Source: Chlamydiota bacterium
Lineage (GTDB): Bacteria > Auribacterota > JACPWU01
Direction of reading: 5' to 3'
Assembly (NCBI GenBank): GCA_016196885.1
Contig: JACPWU010000003.1
Coordinates: 21,633-85,632 of the forward strand
DNA: 64,000 nt
Below are positions 55,591-64,000 of the stretch, in pieces. The notes beneath the pieces are model-generated. The model worked only from the letters and a program-made list of their open reading frames with translations, did no database searches and had not been told where the DNA came from. The translations under genes were made by a program, and so were the position numbers. Positions within the stretch are counted from its first letter, which is position 1. Every line of letters begins with the position of its first letter.

Positions 55591-58500
55591 ATGACAAGTT
55601 TCAATGTAAATTATGAAAAATCCTTTCGGAAATTCGTTTCCACTCTCCTTTTAATCACTTTTTCATTTACGTATCTTGTTCAAGATACGGGATTTGCACA
55701 AGAACTCAATACAGCGTATAGCGTTCAGCGGACAGCGGACAGAAAACCAGCGGATACGATTTCTCCTAAATCAGCTCTGCTTGAAGTTTCTCATGGTGCA
55801 GAGGTTTCCATCCCCGCAAACTTAGGCGATGTCATTGACCGCTATGAAGGCAAAGACGACCGCATGATTATTCAGATTCAAGACGTGCACTGCCATTTCG
55901 AGGCCCAGTCTAATACCGCTAAAATTATTTCTGACCTTCTCCAGAAACATGGGGATCACGGTCTTAAGATGATCGGTCTTGAGGCGGCAGAGGGTTCTGT
56001 GGATACAACTCTTTTGACTTCCTATCCTGATAAAAAACTTCGAAAAGTCCTCGCCGAATACCTCATGAAAAAAGGAAAAATTTCCGGTGCTGAATATCTT
56101 TCTATCATTCAAGATAAACCGCTTCCTCTTGAAGGCGTAGAAAACATGTTTCATTATTTTGAACATCTCTTCCAATTTGACCGAGGGTTGGATGTAAAAG
56201 ACAAAGCCTTGCCCATTTTGGACAAAATAGAAAAGGCAATTACAGATCTGCGCGAAAAAATTTATTCCCAAGAAGTGTTGGAAGTTTTGAACAAAGAGAA
56301 GTCCTATTTGGAAGGGGATACTCAGATTGATGAGTATGGAAAATATTTGGTAGACCAGGCGTTAACTCTTAAGCTGGATGTTGGGGGGCAGAAAAATTTT
56401 CAAGGCATGATGAAAGTGGCAGATTTAGAAAAGCAAATAGATCTTAAAAAAGTAGAAGAGGAAAGAGTTCATGTCCTTGAGATTTTAAGCAGAAAGCTCG
56501 TGAAAGAAGAGATGGTAGAACTGATGACGAAGAGTTTGTATTACAGACTCGAGAAAATGGATGCGTGGGAATATTATGAATATTTAAAGACTGTCGTGAG
56601 TCCCGCGGGGACTATAAAAACATGTCGTGAGTCGTTAGGGGTGAGTGGTCAGAATTCAACGTTAGAGAAAACTTATCCCAACCTCTCAAAATATATCCAA
56701 ATGACTGAAATATTTCACGAGATCAAGAGTGATGAGCTTTTGAAGGAATGTGAAAAGATATCAGAGGAAGTACAGGATAAGTTGTTAAAGACCAAAGAAG
56801 AAAAGGCGCTCAGGCAAATTGAGAAAGACTTTATTATTTTGAGAAACTTTTTTGAATTGGAGATGAAGAAGAGTGAGTTTCAATATTATGTGGAGAATAA
56901 GGAGAGGGTTTCAGCAAAAAACATAGTGGATGGGTTGGAAGAAATCCAGGATCCAGGGTCCAGGGTCCAGGGTAACTCCCCTCGGTCCCCTCTTAAACTA
57001 AGAGGGGAGGAAAAACAAAAACAAGAGCAAACAAAGAGCGCTTTTCCTATTTTAAAAGGGGAGGAAAAGCAGAGATGGGTAACGTCCCCTCCCCTTAGTT
57101 TAAGGGGAGATGGAGGGGTTACAAATGACGACATCACATTCCTCGACTCTCATCTCAAAGACCTCGAACAATTCTATCGCTATTCAGACAATCGTGAAGA
57201 GGCGATGGTCCAGAACACGCTCCGGAAAATGAAAGAGAACGAGAGCCCGATTGCGATTCTATACGCGGGAGGATTTCATACGGATGGACTCACGAAGCGC
57301 TTGGAAGAAGAGGGCGTGTCTTATGTCGTTGTTGCTCCCAGAATCACACAATTCAAACTCAAGACCCCGTATTTATCTATTATCAAGAACGAGCCTTCGA
57401 AATTAGAGAAAATGTTGATGGATTTGGAGAAGAAAGAAAAGGGGACGATGGCGACTCTACCGTTAGAGGGAGATCTAAAAACAGAAGTTGCTGCTCTCAG
57501 TGGTTTGGAGGCAGATGATCCAGCACGAGTGAATGGAGAGGAAACGATTCGGCTTCAAATAGCAGCTCTTAGATCGGCTTTGATCGTACGTGGGCTGCTA
57601 AATTCCGATATTTCGGCAAATGATATTACTTTCACTCGAGAAGGTGACACCGTCACTATTCTCATTTCTGGCATTCCCAGATTTCAAATCACCCTGAATT
57701 CTGAAAATAAAAATAATCCTGAAAAGTTGGTGGAGAGTATTGTGCCTATTGAAGTTTCTGCTCCGACTGAGCAAACATCGGAGTGGGTAGGTGGCCCTCT
57801 TCGTAGTTTGGACGGAAGTTATCAGGCGTTAGAGAGTGAGGAGATTAAGACGTTGAAAGGTCTTGCAAGCAAAAAAGGGGGATATGCGATTCCTTCCAGT
57901 ACGGAAACGTTTGGTGATGACGAGGTGGTTTGTCGCGTGGTGGATTATGATGAAAAGAAGGGAGACCCTGTTTATGATATTTTTCAGCCGCACAGTATCA
58001 AGGCCTACCATTATATGGCGGCAGCCGTTCCAAATTCTGAAAGACCAGGTTTAACAAGAATAGTGGTTTATGCGTTTCTCCCTCGTAGGCTTGACGAAAG
58101 GGAATACGCTTTTCGCAAGAGGCATGAAATTTTAGAATCGCTTTGGGAGTACAAGCTTAAAAAAGAGGGAATAGCCTACCGGAACCGCCTGGAAAAGAAT
58201 CCTTCAACTCCTCAACCTCTCTGGATGCAATTAGGCCTTTCTCGGGATGTTGCGGCTCATATCCTCGCTTGGGGACAGCATGTTCTCGAAGAGGGTTGGG
58301 ATAATATTGAACAGTGCCCCTTCTTGAAAGAAGAAATTCAAAAATTAAATCTTGCCCAACTTCAGGCCATTTATTCTGACGAAACCATTCAAGAGAGAAA
58401 TCGCATTCATAATCCTTTGAGAAAACATTATCTTTCAGGTTTTAACGATGCCGATTGGCAGCGACTTGAGACCTTTGAAAATTCTGTGAGGGATTTGGCC

Positions 58501-61500
58501 AGAAGACTTACTTTTCCTTCAAAGTTGGTTCAGGATTTAGATAATCAGGGAAGGGGTCGAAAAGTTTTGTGTCTTGGAGCAGGTGGAGACTATCAAGAGG
58601 CAAATTTCTTTAGCTCCCGTAATTGTGGTGTGGAAGTGGTCAAAATGAGAGGGGACGCAGAAGGTGATGATAAAGACTTTGAGGTATATGAAGCAGAAAC
58701 ACAAGAAGCAGCCGAGGAACGAATCATTAATGACATCTTAAGAAGGCTTCAATTGGATGAGGGGAAAAAATATGATGCCATTTATGCCCGTTTGAGTTTG
58801 CACCATTTGCCCCAGAAGTATCTTTTGCGGGTGCTCAGAAAAATATCCGACATGCTCGAAGTGGGTGGAAAGTTCTATTGGGTTGTCAAATCCAAAGACG
58901 ATGTTCTGTATCAAGGTCGGACTGGCGAACCTGGAGAGGACGGTTTGACTCCTTATAGAGATCAGCCCTCAGGACAGGAGCTGAAGAGAAGGTTTTTTAC
59001 GCCTGATGAAATGAAAGCATTGTTAGAAGCGAAAGACGATGCTGAGAAAACCATTTTTGGATTTGAAGTATCTACAATCAATCCTCGTTTTGAACGCTTG
59101 ACCAGAAGAACAGCGCCCATCACACAGGACAATCATGAATCAAGTTTGTTGGAAGTAGTGGCGGAAAAGAAAGAGGATGTAGCCCTTGCTTTGGATGTTC
59201 CTGCCCGAGTGGTGCGTGTGGGGGCCAAGCTGTTTGACGGTGAAACAGGGGCACAACCGATCGAGCCAGATGTTCGCCCGAGCATAAAAGGAGATGTTGT
59301 GGATGTAACAGAGCTGTCAGATGAGGAAGGACTGACGGATGAAGCGGTAGGCGCTCGTTCTGTCATGGCTGGAGAGGGTTGTCTTTCTATACTGGCAGCA
59401 GGGGGGAGTTCGCGCATGGCCATTGCCAAAATGCCAGAGCGTTATAAGAAGGATATTGGTGATGCTGATATAAATTCAAAGGCATTGGTTCCACTTGGAA
59501 GTTATAGAGCAAGGACGATAACCTATTTCGGTGCATTTTTTTATAACATAAAGAGATTGTTTGAGGGTCTTCAGAAAGAAGCGGAAGGGACAAATATAGA
59601 AAATCATTTGGAGGATAATGACATTATGTATCTTACAAATGACACATACGCCCAAGAGCAGGCAAAACATTTAAGGCAAAATGAAAGTTTTGGACTGCAA
59701 CAAAGAATTTATTCTTATGTTCAGCCCTGGGTCAATAAAATTTATGCCCCGCCTGACCAGATAGGACCGCTCAGGAAGAATTTGAATAACGAAAAATTTG
59801 ATGCAGCCAAGAAAAGATCCGAGGAGATTCAAGCCGCTTTTGACAATGGCGATGAAAAAGCGGTGGTGCATAAAGAAAAAGGTCCTTGGGGTCATGGGGA
59901 ATACTTGCATCAGATGGTGGTCAGCGGCCGTTTGCTCGATATGTTGGAAAAGAATAAAAAATGGATTTATGTGAGAAATATAGACAATAGCGGAGCTAAA
60001 TTTGACCGGGTTTGGTTGCGTGCCTTGGGTCTGTTCCTGAAAAAGGGTGTGGGTTTTATGCCGGAGGTATCACCTCGATCCCCTGGACAAAAGGGGGGGG
60101 GATTGCTTGTGGTTGGTGGTAGGCAGGGGATTGGTGAGGACGCGATTATTGCGGCTACGGCCAAGGCAAAAAATGATTCAACTCTTACCGCAGAAAATTG
60201 CTATTGGTTTAACAATGGGGCCGGATTCATGACGCCCTCATTTGTAGCGAGTTTGTATATGAGTGAGGGGCAGACGATTGATGCGTTTATCCAGGAGCTT
60301 CAAGATGCGAACGGGGATGTGGAAAAATTAGAGGCGGTTGCAGAGAGGGGGAGGGGTAAATTCCTAAAACTATTTGACGTCAAGCCAACTAAAAATGGAG
60401 AAGGGGCGGCTCCATTAGAAACGAATCTATGGACTTCATCCATTGTGGCTCCCGTAGATCAATTGGTTGAAGCGGTCGGGGTTCGCGGAGTGCGTGCGTT
60501 GATAGAAAACGAAGGGATGTTGTTAGCTTATTTTGCCTTATCGTGGGAAGATAAAATAAAGGTTTTAGAAAAAATTCGATTTTTTTCTGCGAAACAATGG
60601 GAACTCCCCGAGGAGACTGTAGAGAAAAATAGACGTCAACTGGAAGAGAATTATAACGAAGCCCTTCGAGCAAAATGGGGGCAAGAAAAGGTCAACAATC
60701 CTGATTTAATGCAACCGCCTCGTCGAACTCTGACGAGGGAAGAGGCCCTGTTGGTATCAGAGACGTACGAGGGAAATTTGCAAGTCGCTACAGATATGCT
60801 TCGATACATATATGAGGCCCCGTTGGTCACGCCGGGGGTTTTTAGAGAGGCTTTATCAGCGGCTGAAGCAGGTGCTTCAGTCAGTCCTAATTCAAACGTT
60901 TTTGCTGAAGTCAAAAATTTATTGGTTCTAGCTTTAACCGCAGCAGCTTTGTTTGTGGCACCAGGCCCACAGGCAAGGGCGGCTCTGCCTTCTGTGGAAC
61001 CTATAAAATCAGCGCTGGTTCAGAAAGACGGGGGCCAGCGGCCAGCGGCCAGGGAAACACATTTAACTTTAGCTCAGTTGATTGAAAGAGAAGGGGGGGC
61101 TTTAGCGGATTTGAGGCGGACACGGCATGCGGTCTATACCGTCATGGCCAAGACGCCTCAAGAAATGAAGACAATGGATGAACAGGTTGAGAGAGGTGAA
61201 GCCAGTCAACTCCGAGAAGGGGTTTATACAATTTATGGATATACTCCAAGTCAAGAAGGGGTGTTAAAGGCTCGTGTTGCCCGAGGAGAGGCGAGTGTAG
61301 AGTATCGGACGGTTTCGAATCCGCCTGTGTTGAGTCAAGCTGATCAGGCGCTTGCCCGTAGTGTCGAAGGGCATCTTGCAACGCATCGTCTTTATGAAGC
61401 GGACCCAGCTTTCAGAGAAGAAGTGGGTCGAATTTGGAAATCCCTTTCTAGGCAAGATCGACAGATTTTTGCGGAGCTTCTCTTTGTGCGAAGAGGGGAT

Positions 61501-64000
61501 CGTAGTGCGAAGACAGATGCAGTCATATCTGAATTTGCTGCTGCCTTGGCGAATCCAGATTATTTAATGGATAGATTTAAACAATTTGCTTATGCGAGCA
61601 GTAAGGCGGCTGGGAAAGTTAAGGGACTAATTTTTGAATTTAAAGGAAGTCCAACACCTGAAAAATCCGCGGGTCTTTATCTGAGAGACCGAAGTGATCG
61701 GGAGAATGAATGGGGCTTTCGAATGAAAGTAGAAACTTTAGCCGCGAGAGTTGCTGCTGCTCAAACAGCGGCTCAAGGTCGAGCGGGGGTTAAAGTAGCC
61801 GAAGTAAAGCCTTTCGACTGGTTAAAACCTGTGATTGAAGGAAAGAAATATGATGCCGTTGGCGCAGGGCTTCTTGAAAATGGGGCTCAAAATAATGCAA
61901 GTGTCTTGGTCAATGGTCTTCGCAACTTCGTCATGGGAGGGTGGCTTATCGGAATCATTTTTATAGGGGCGCTCACTAGACTTTTGAAAGCCATGCGTCC
62001 TTCAAAACCTTTACTGGGGTCTGAAACCTTGGATTCCCGCTTATCCCGACAAGGGGCTGCTTCGCTGAAGCCTGCGGGAATGACAAATGTTGGTGCAAGC
62101 AGTCCTGTTATCCCCGGATCCCCACTTCCTGTCATCCCCGAAATAGATGGATCCCCGATTATAGATTTCGGGGACGGATCCAGTCCAGCATCTGTTTCTC
62201 AAGTAGCTGAAGTCCGTCCCGTTGTTGAAGTTGTTCGTGTTAATTCCAGCCGTTCTTCCGGTAGACGTTCTAGGAGCAATGTGATTATTGAGTTGATATA
62301 TGAATCTGGGCTAGGTTTACATTGGGGCACGACTCTGTATCTGGTTGAAACACGGCTTGAAAGAAGGATGCGAGAATTCCAAGAAAGCCAAGGAATGACG
62401 GAACTGGCTTTTGCGCAAGCTATTCAGGGAATGGAAAAATGGCAAGTCAAGTGGATAGGACGCCTCTTTTCAATTTCAGATGTGTATCGCCTGTTCACGT
62501 CCGAAAATAGAGCAGCTCTATCAAGTTGGGTGACGGAAAAAAAGTTTGGTACAGATGAAGGTGTTTCAGCGTATGTTCAAAAAATGCAGGGCATGAAGAA
62601 GGAAAAGCAAAGGATTCGAGCCGTTCGATCCAGTTTGCCAGCAGGCTTGGCTGGCATGGTTGAAAGGGTTGTAGTTGCTGAAGGACGAGGCGGTCGAAAT
62701 AGCATTGGCCCTTGCGTATATATTAAATTAAGAGCGGGTCTTTTTGAATCTTATTGGATGGTGATCGGAAATAATCTTGGAAATTTAAGCCCTTATCTTC
62801 ATCGTTTGGGTTCTCAAAAGACAAGGGCTTATCGCTTGCAAGGGCGAGATCTTGGATTAGGCCAATTCGGAGATTACATAACCTTCTTTAAAGAACCTGG
62901 GTTATTCGAAAGAGTGAGAGATTTTGCTCGGGATTTGTTGCTGAAATTAGATTTATCCACATCTGACCCCACTGTTGCAGGTCGGGCGGCTCAGCTTGCC
63001 GGCACAGCCGCCATCGCCTTTCTCTATGGCGCAACGCAGTCGGGATGTTCAAGGCAAGAGGACGATGTAAATCTTGAATCTTTAGATGCCTCGCAATTGA
63101 CCAATTTTGGTGGCGTCAACGTTGCGCAATATGACGATCCCAGTGGTGTTTTTAGAGTGCTTGAAGAAGAAACTCCTGAAGGTGAAATGCCACAATCGGG
63201 CAGTATAAATTCCCATCTTTTTGGGACAGGGTTATATGAATATGAAACAGATCATCCAGATTTATTTGCGTCTCCTCATGCTGTAATGCAAGCGAGGATT
63301 GGTGTTATTGACCTGGATTCGTCAAAGGAAGATGCAGGTTATGGAACGACTGAAGATGAGGCAATAAGCGGTGGAGGGTCTGCGGGAATGTATTTCAATT
63401 TTCAAGACAATTCGTTAGATCAATTAGAGGCTGGGGGATACAAAATCTATATTGCCTTTTCAGCAGATGGAAGTCTAACTCACGACGAAGTCGTTCTTAA
63501 AGTTGAATTAACGGATAAATATGGTGACACCGTAAAACGGGATGTTAAAACAGGATATATTTATTTAAGCAACGTCAATTCTGGACTGCAGGGCGCATGG
63601 ATTGATTTGAGAGAAGCCAGAGATTCTGATGGGAATTTACTGGATTGGGAGCCTTCGGACACTGCGCGAATAGGTGGAGTGGATGGTGTGCAGGTGGATG
63701 TTTTTTTAGGATCTATTAATTTTGCTACTGTGTCTAGCGCTCAGAAAGGGATCGTTATCCGCTGGATTGGAATTGATAAGAGTCCAATCAATCTTATTTA
63801 CCCTATAGAAGGAAGTTCTGCGGCTGATTTAAGCATTATTGATGGAGTGAATGAACCTAGCGTTGGTCCCAACTTAACTTGGGATGAGAAGGGAAGAGCG
63901 ACTCAAGAGTGGGCTGTTCATTTTTTTGATAGCGATTCAAGTGATGCAGCAAAATACTATGAATGGGAGATCCCTGAAGATAAAAAGACCTATGATCCGA
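55591..64000 (+). CDS. Giant protein 3, 3'-partial (at least 2800 aa; runs off the window end): signal peptide, Tiki/TraB-like module paralogous to giant 2, SAM-methyltransferase-like and UDPGP-type pyrophosphorylase-like modules
   Basis: ATG 55591 opens a frame with no stop to position 64000, which is why it is absent from the ORF track. Its N-terminus aligns with giant 2 (MIIQIQDVHCHFEAQSNTAKII...KISGAEYLSIIQDKPLPLEG). Confidence 0.8.
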   Translation, partial: MTSFNVNYEKSFRKFVSTLLLITFSFTYLVQDTGFAQELNTAYSVQRTADRKPADTISPKSALLEVSHGAEVSIPANLGDVIDRYEGKDDRMIIQIQDVHCHFEAQSNTAKIISDLLQKHGDHGLKMIGLEAAEGSVDTTLLTSYPDKKLRKVLAEYLMKKGKISGAEYLSIIQDKPLPLEGVENMFHYFEHLFQFDRGLDVKDKALPILDKIEKAITDLREKIYSQEVLEVLNKEKSYLEGDTQIDEYGKYLVDQALTLKLDVGGQKNFQGMMKVADLEKQIDLKKVEEERVHVLEILSRKLVKEEMVELMTKSLYYRLEKMDAWEYYEYLKTVVSPAGTIKTCRESLGVSGQNSTLEKTYPNLSKYIQMTEIFHEIKSDELLKECEKISEEVQDKLLKTKEEKALRQIEKDFIILRNFFELEMKKSEFQYYVENKERVSAKNIVDGLEEIQDPGSRVQGNSPRSPLKLRGEEKQKQEQTKSAFPILKGEEKQRWVTSPPLSLRGDGGVTNDDITFLDSHLKDLEQFYRYSDNREEAMVQNTLRKMKENESPIAILYAGGFHTDGLTKRLEEEGVSYVVVAPRITQFKLKTPYLSIIKNEPSKLEKMLMDLEKKEKGTMATLPLEGDLKTEVAALSGLEADDPARVNGEETIRLQIAALRSALIVRGLLNSDISANDITFTREGDTVTILISGIPRFQITLNSENKNNPEKLVESIVPIEVSAPTEQTSEWVGGPLRSLDGSYQALESEEIKTLKGLASKKGGYAIPSSTETFGDDEVVCRVVDYDEKKGDPVYDIFQPHSIKAYHYMAAAVPNSERPGLTRIVVYAFLPRRLDEREYAFRKRHEILESLWEYKLKKEGIAYRNRLEKNPSTPQPLWMQLGLSRDVAAHILAWGQHVLEEGWDNIEQCPFLKEEIQKLNLAQLQAIYSDETIQERNRIHNPLRKHYLSGFNDADWQRLETFENSVRDLARRLTFPSKLVQDLDNQGRGRKVLCLGAGGDYQEANFFSSRNCGVEVVKMRGDAEGDDKDFEVYEAETQEAAEERIINDILRRLQLDEGKKYDAIYARLSLHHLPQKYLLRVLRKISDMLEVGGKFYWVVKSKDDVLYQGRTGEPGEDGLTPYRDQPSGQELKRRFFTPDEMKALLEAKDDAEKTIFGFEVSTINPRFERLTRRTAPITQDNHESSLLEVVAEKKEDVALALDVPARVVRVGAKLFDGETGAQPIEPDVRPSIKGDVVDVTELSDEEGLTDEAVGARSVMAGEGCLSILAAGGSSRMAIAKMPERYKKDIGDADINSKALVPLGSYRARTITYFGAFFYNIKRLFEGLQKEAEGTNIENHLEDNDIMYLTNDTYAQEQAKHLRQNESFGLQQRIYSYVQPWVNKIYAPPDQIGPLRKNLNNEKFDAAKKRSEEIQAAFDNGDEKAVVHKEKGPWGHGEYLHQMVVSGRLLDMLEKNKKWIYVRNIDNSGAKFDRVWLRALGLFLKKGVGFMPEVSPRSPGQKGGGLLVVGGRQGIGEDAIIAATAKAKNDSTLTAENCYWFNNGAGFMTPSFVASLYMSEGQTIDAFIQELQDANGDVEKLEAVAERGRGKFLKLFDVKPTKNGEGAAPLETNLWTSSIVAPVDQLVEAVGVRGVRALIENEGMLLAYFALSWEDKIKVLEKIRFFSAKQWELPEETVEKNRRQLEENYNEALRAKWGQEKVNNPDLMQPPRRTLTREEALLVSETYEGNLQVATDMLRYIYEAPLVTPGVFREALSAAEAGASVSPNSNVFAEVKNLLVLALTAAALFVAPGPQARAALPSVEPIKSALVQKDGGQRPAARETHLTLAQLIEREGGALADLRRTRHAVYTVMAKTPQEMKTMDEQVERGEASQLREGVYTIYGYTPSQEGVLKARVARGEASVEYRTVSNPPVLSQADQALARSVEGHLATHRLYEADPAFREEVGRIWKSLSRQDRQIFAELLFVRRGDRSAKTDAVISEFAAALANPDYLMDRFKQFAYASSKAAGKVKGLIFEFKGSPTPEKSAGLYLRDRSDRENEWGFRMKVETLAARVAAAQTAAQGRAGVKVAEVKPFDWLKPVIEGKKYDAVGAGLLENGAQNNASVLVNGLRNFVMGGWLIGIIFIGALTRLLKAMRPSKPLLGSETLDSRLSRQGAASLKPAGMTNVGASSPVIPGSPLPVIPEIDGSPIIDFGDGSSPASVSQVAEVRPVVEVVRVNSSRSSGRRSRSNVIIELIYESGLGLHWGTTLYLVETRLERRMREFQESQGMTELAFAQAIQGMEKWQVKWIGRLFSISDVYRLFTSENRAALSSWVTEKKFGTDEGVSAYVQKMQGMKKEKQRIRAVRSSLPAGLAGMVERVVVAEGRGGRNSIGPCVYIKLRAGLFESYWMVIGNNLGNLSPYLHRLGSQKTRAYRLQGRDLGLGQFGDYITFFKEPGLFERVRDFARDLLLKLDLSTSDPTVAGRAAQLAGTAAIAFLYGATQSGCSRQEDDVNLESLDASQLTNFGGVNVAQYDDPSGVFRVLEEETPEGEMPQSGSINSHLFGTGLYEYETDHPDLFASPHAVMQARIGVIDLDSSKEDAGYGTTEDEAISGGGSAGMYFNFQDNSLDQLEAGGYKIYIAFSADGSLTHDEVVLKVELTDKYGDTVKRDVKTGYIYLSNVNSGLQGAWIDLREARDSDGNLLDWEPSDTARIGGVDGVQVDVFLGSINFATVSSAQKGIVIRWIGIDKSPINLIYPIEGSSAADLSIIDGVNEPSVGPNLTWDEKGRATQEWAVHFFDSDSSDAAKYYEWEIPEDKKTYDP
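58480..58900 (+). other. Class I SAM-dependent methyltransferase-like module in giant protein 3
   Basis: GRKVLCLGAGGDYQ (motif I, hhxhGxGxG-like), followed by YDAIYARLSLHHLP and LEVGGKFYWVV (post-II and III-like). Confidence 0.4.
59330..60550 (+). other. UDP-sugar pyrophosphorylase (UDPGP / UTP-glucose-1-phosphate uridylyltransferase-type)-like module in giant protein 3
   Basis: ILAAGGSSRMAIAKMP...KALVPLG resembles the L(N)GGLGT.MG nucleotide-binding loop, and KWIYVRNIDNSGAKFD resembles the NSDNLGA motif of UDPGP-family enzymes. Confidence 0.4.
62025..62200 (+). repeat. Copy of the ~90-bp double-hairpin repeat family embedded in-frame within giant gene 3
   Basis: ATTCCCGC...GGGGCTGCTTCGCTGAAGCCTGCGGGAATGAC and GGATCCCCGATT...TTCGGGGACGGATCC match the units at 16669-16859. 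The embedded copy is translated as a P/G/S-rich linker (SPVIPGSPLPVIPEIDGSPIIDFGDGSS). Confidence 0.6.

Noticed and set aside
55822-56271. 149-aa minus-strand ORF inside giant gene 3, and the many other 60-150-aa minus-strand ORFs inside the giant genes (e.g. 3465-3929, 35969-36388, 44597-45034)
   Set aside because: These are antisense to long, continuous, clearly coding plus-strand frames. They are low-complexity or K/F/L-rich and typical of shadow ORFs.

Overview
The window is dominated by three co-oriented giant plus-strand genes. These are a 5'-truncated ORF of at least 4266 aa (3..12803), a complete 9029-aa ORF (26318..53407) and a 3'-truncated ORF of at least 2800 aa (55591..64000, absent from the ORF track only because it has no stop in the window). 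All three look like mosaic polytopic membrane proteins with embedded enzyme-like modules. Giant 1 carries an intein C-terminal splice motif, three P-loop kinase-like modules, an HExxH site and an LMW-PTP-like C(X)5R loop. Giant 2 carries a TolC/OEP-like helical segment. Giant 3 carries a SAM-methyltransferase-like motif and a UDPGP-type pyrophosphorylase motif. Giants 2 and 3 share a signal peptide and a Tiki/TraB/GumN-like N-terminal module with near-identical DNA stretches. Gene arrays of this kind have been reported in Omnitrophota-like and other ultra-small bacteria; that lineage assignment is inference. Between giants 1 and 2 there is a dense type II toxin-antitoxin island: an RHH antitoxin plus a decayed MazF remnant, Phd-VapC, MNT-HEPN, RHH-PIN and HigB-HigA. 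It is bracketed by near-identical inverted copies of a ~175-bp palindromic MITE-like element. Downstream of the island are two paralogous secreted acidic proteins with calcium-binding-type repeats, a PapD-like β-sandwich protein, and a 1624-aa secreted protein with a six-hairpin glycosidase-like domain, FN3, TSP3-like and four galactose-binding-like repeats. Between giants 2 and 3 lie two further TA pairs (DUF433-DUF5615 and a second MNT-HEPN), each followed by a copy of the last ~77 bp of giant gene 2, which gives a cassette-like layout. Other recurring features are the GTAGTCGCC palindromic element family, a second ~90-bp hairpin repeat with a copy embedded in-frame in giant gene 3, heptanucleotide tandem repeats (one spanning a stop codon), and perfect palindromes conserved inside coding sequence. 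No rRNA, tRNA or CRISPR array was recognised.
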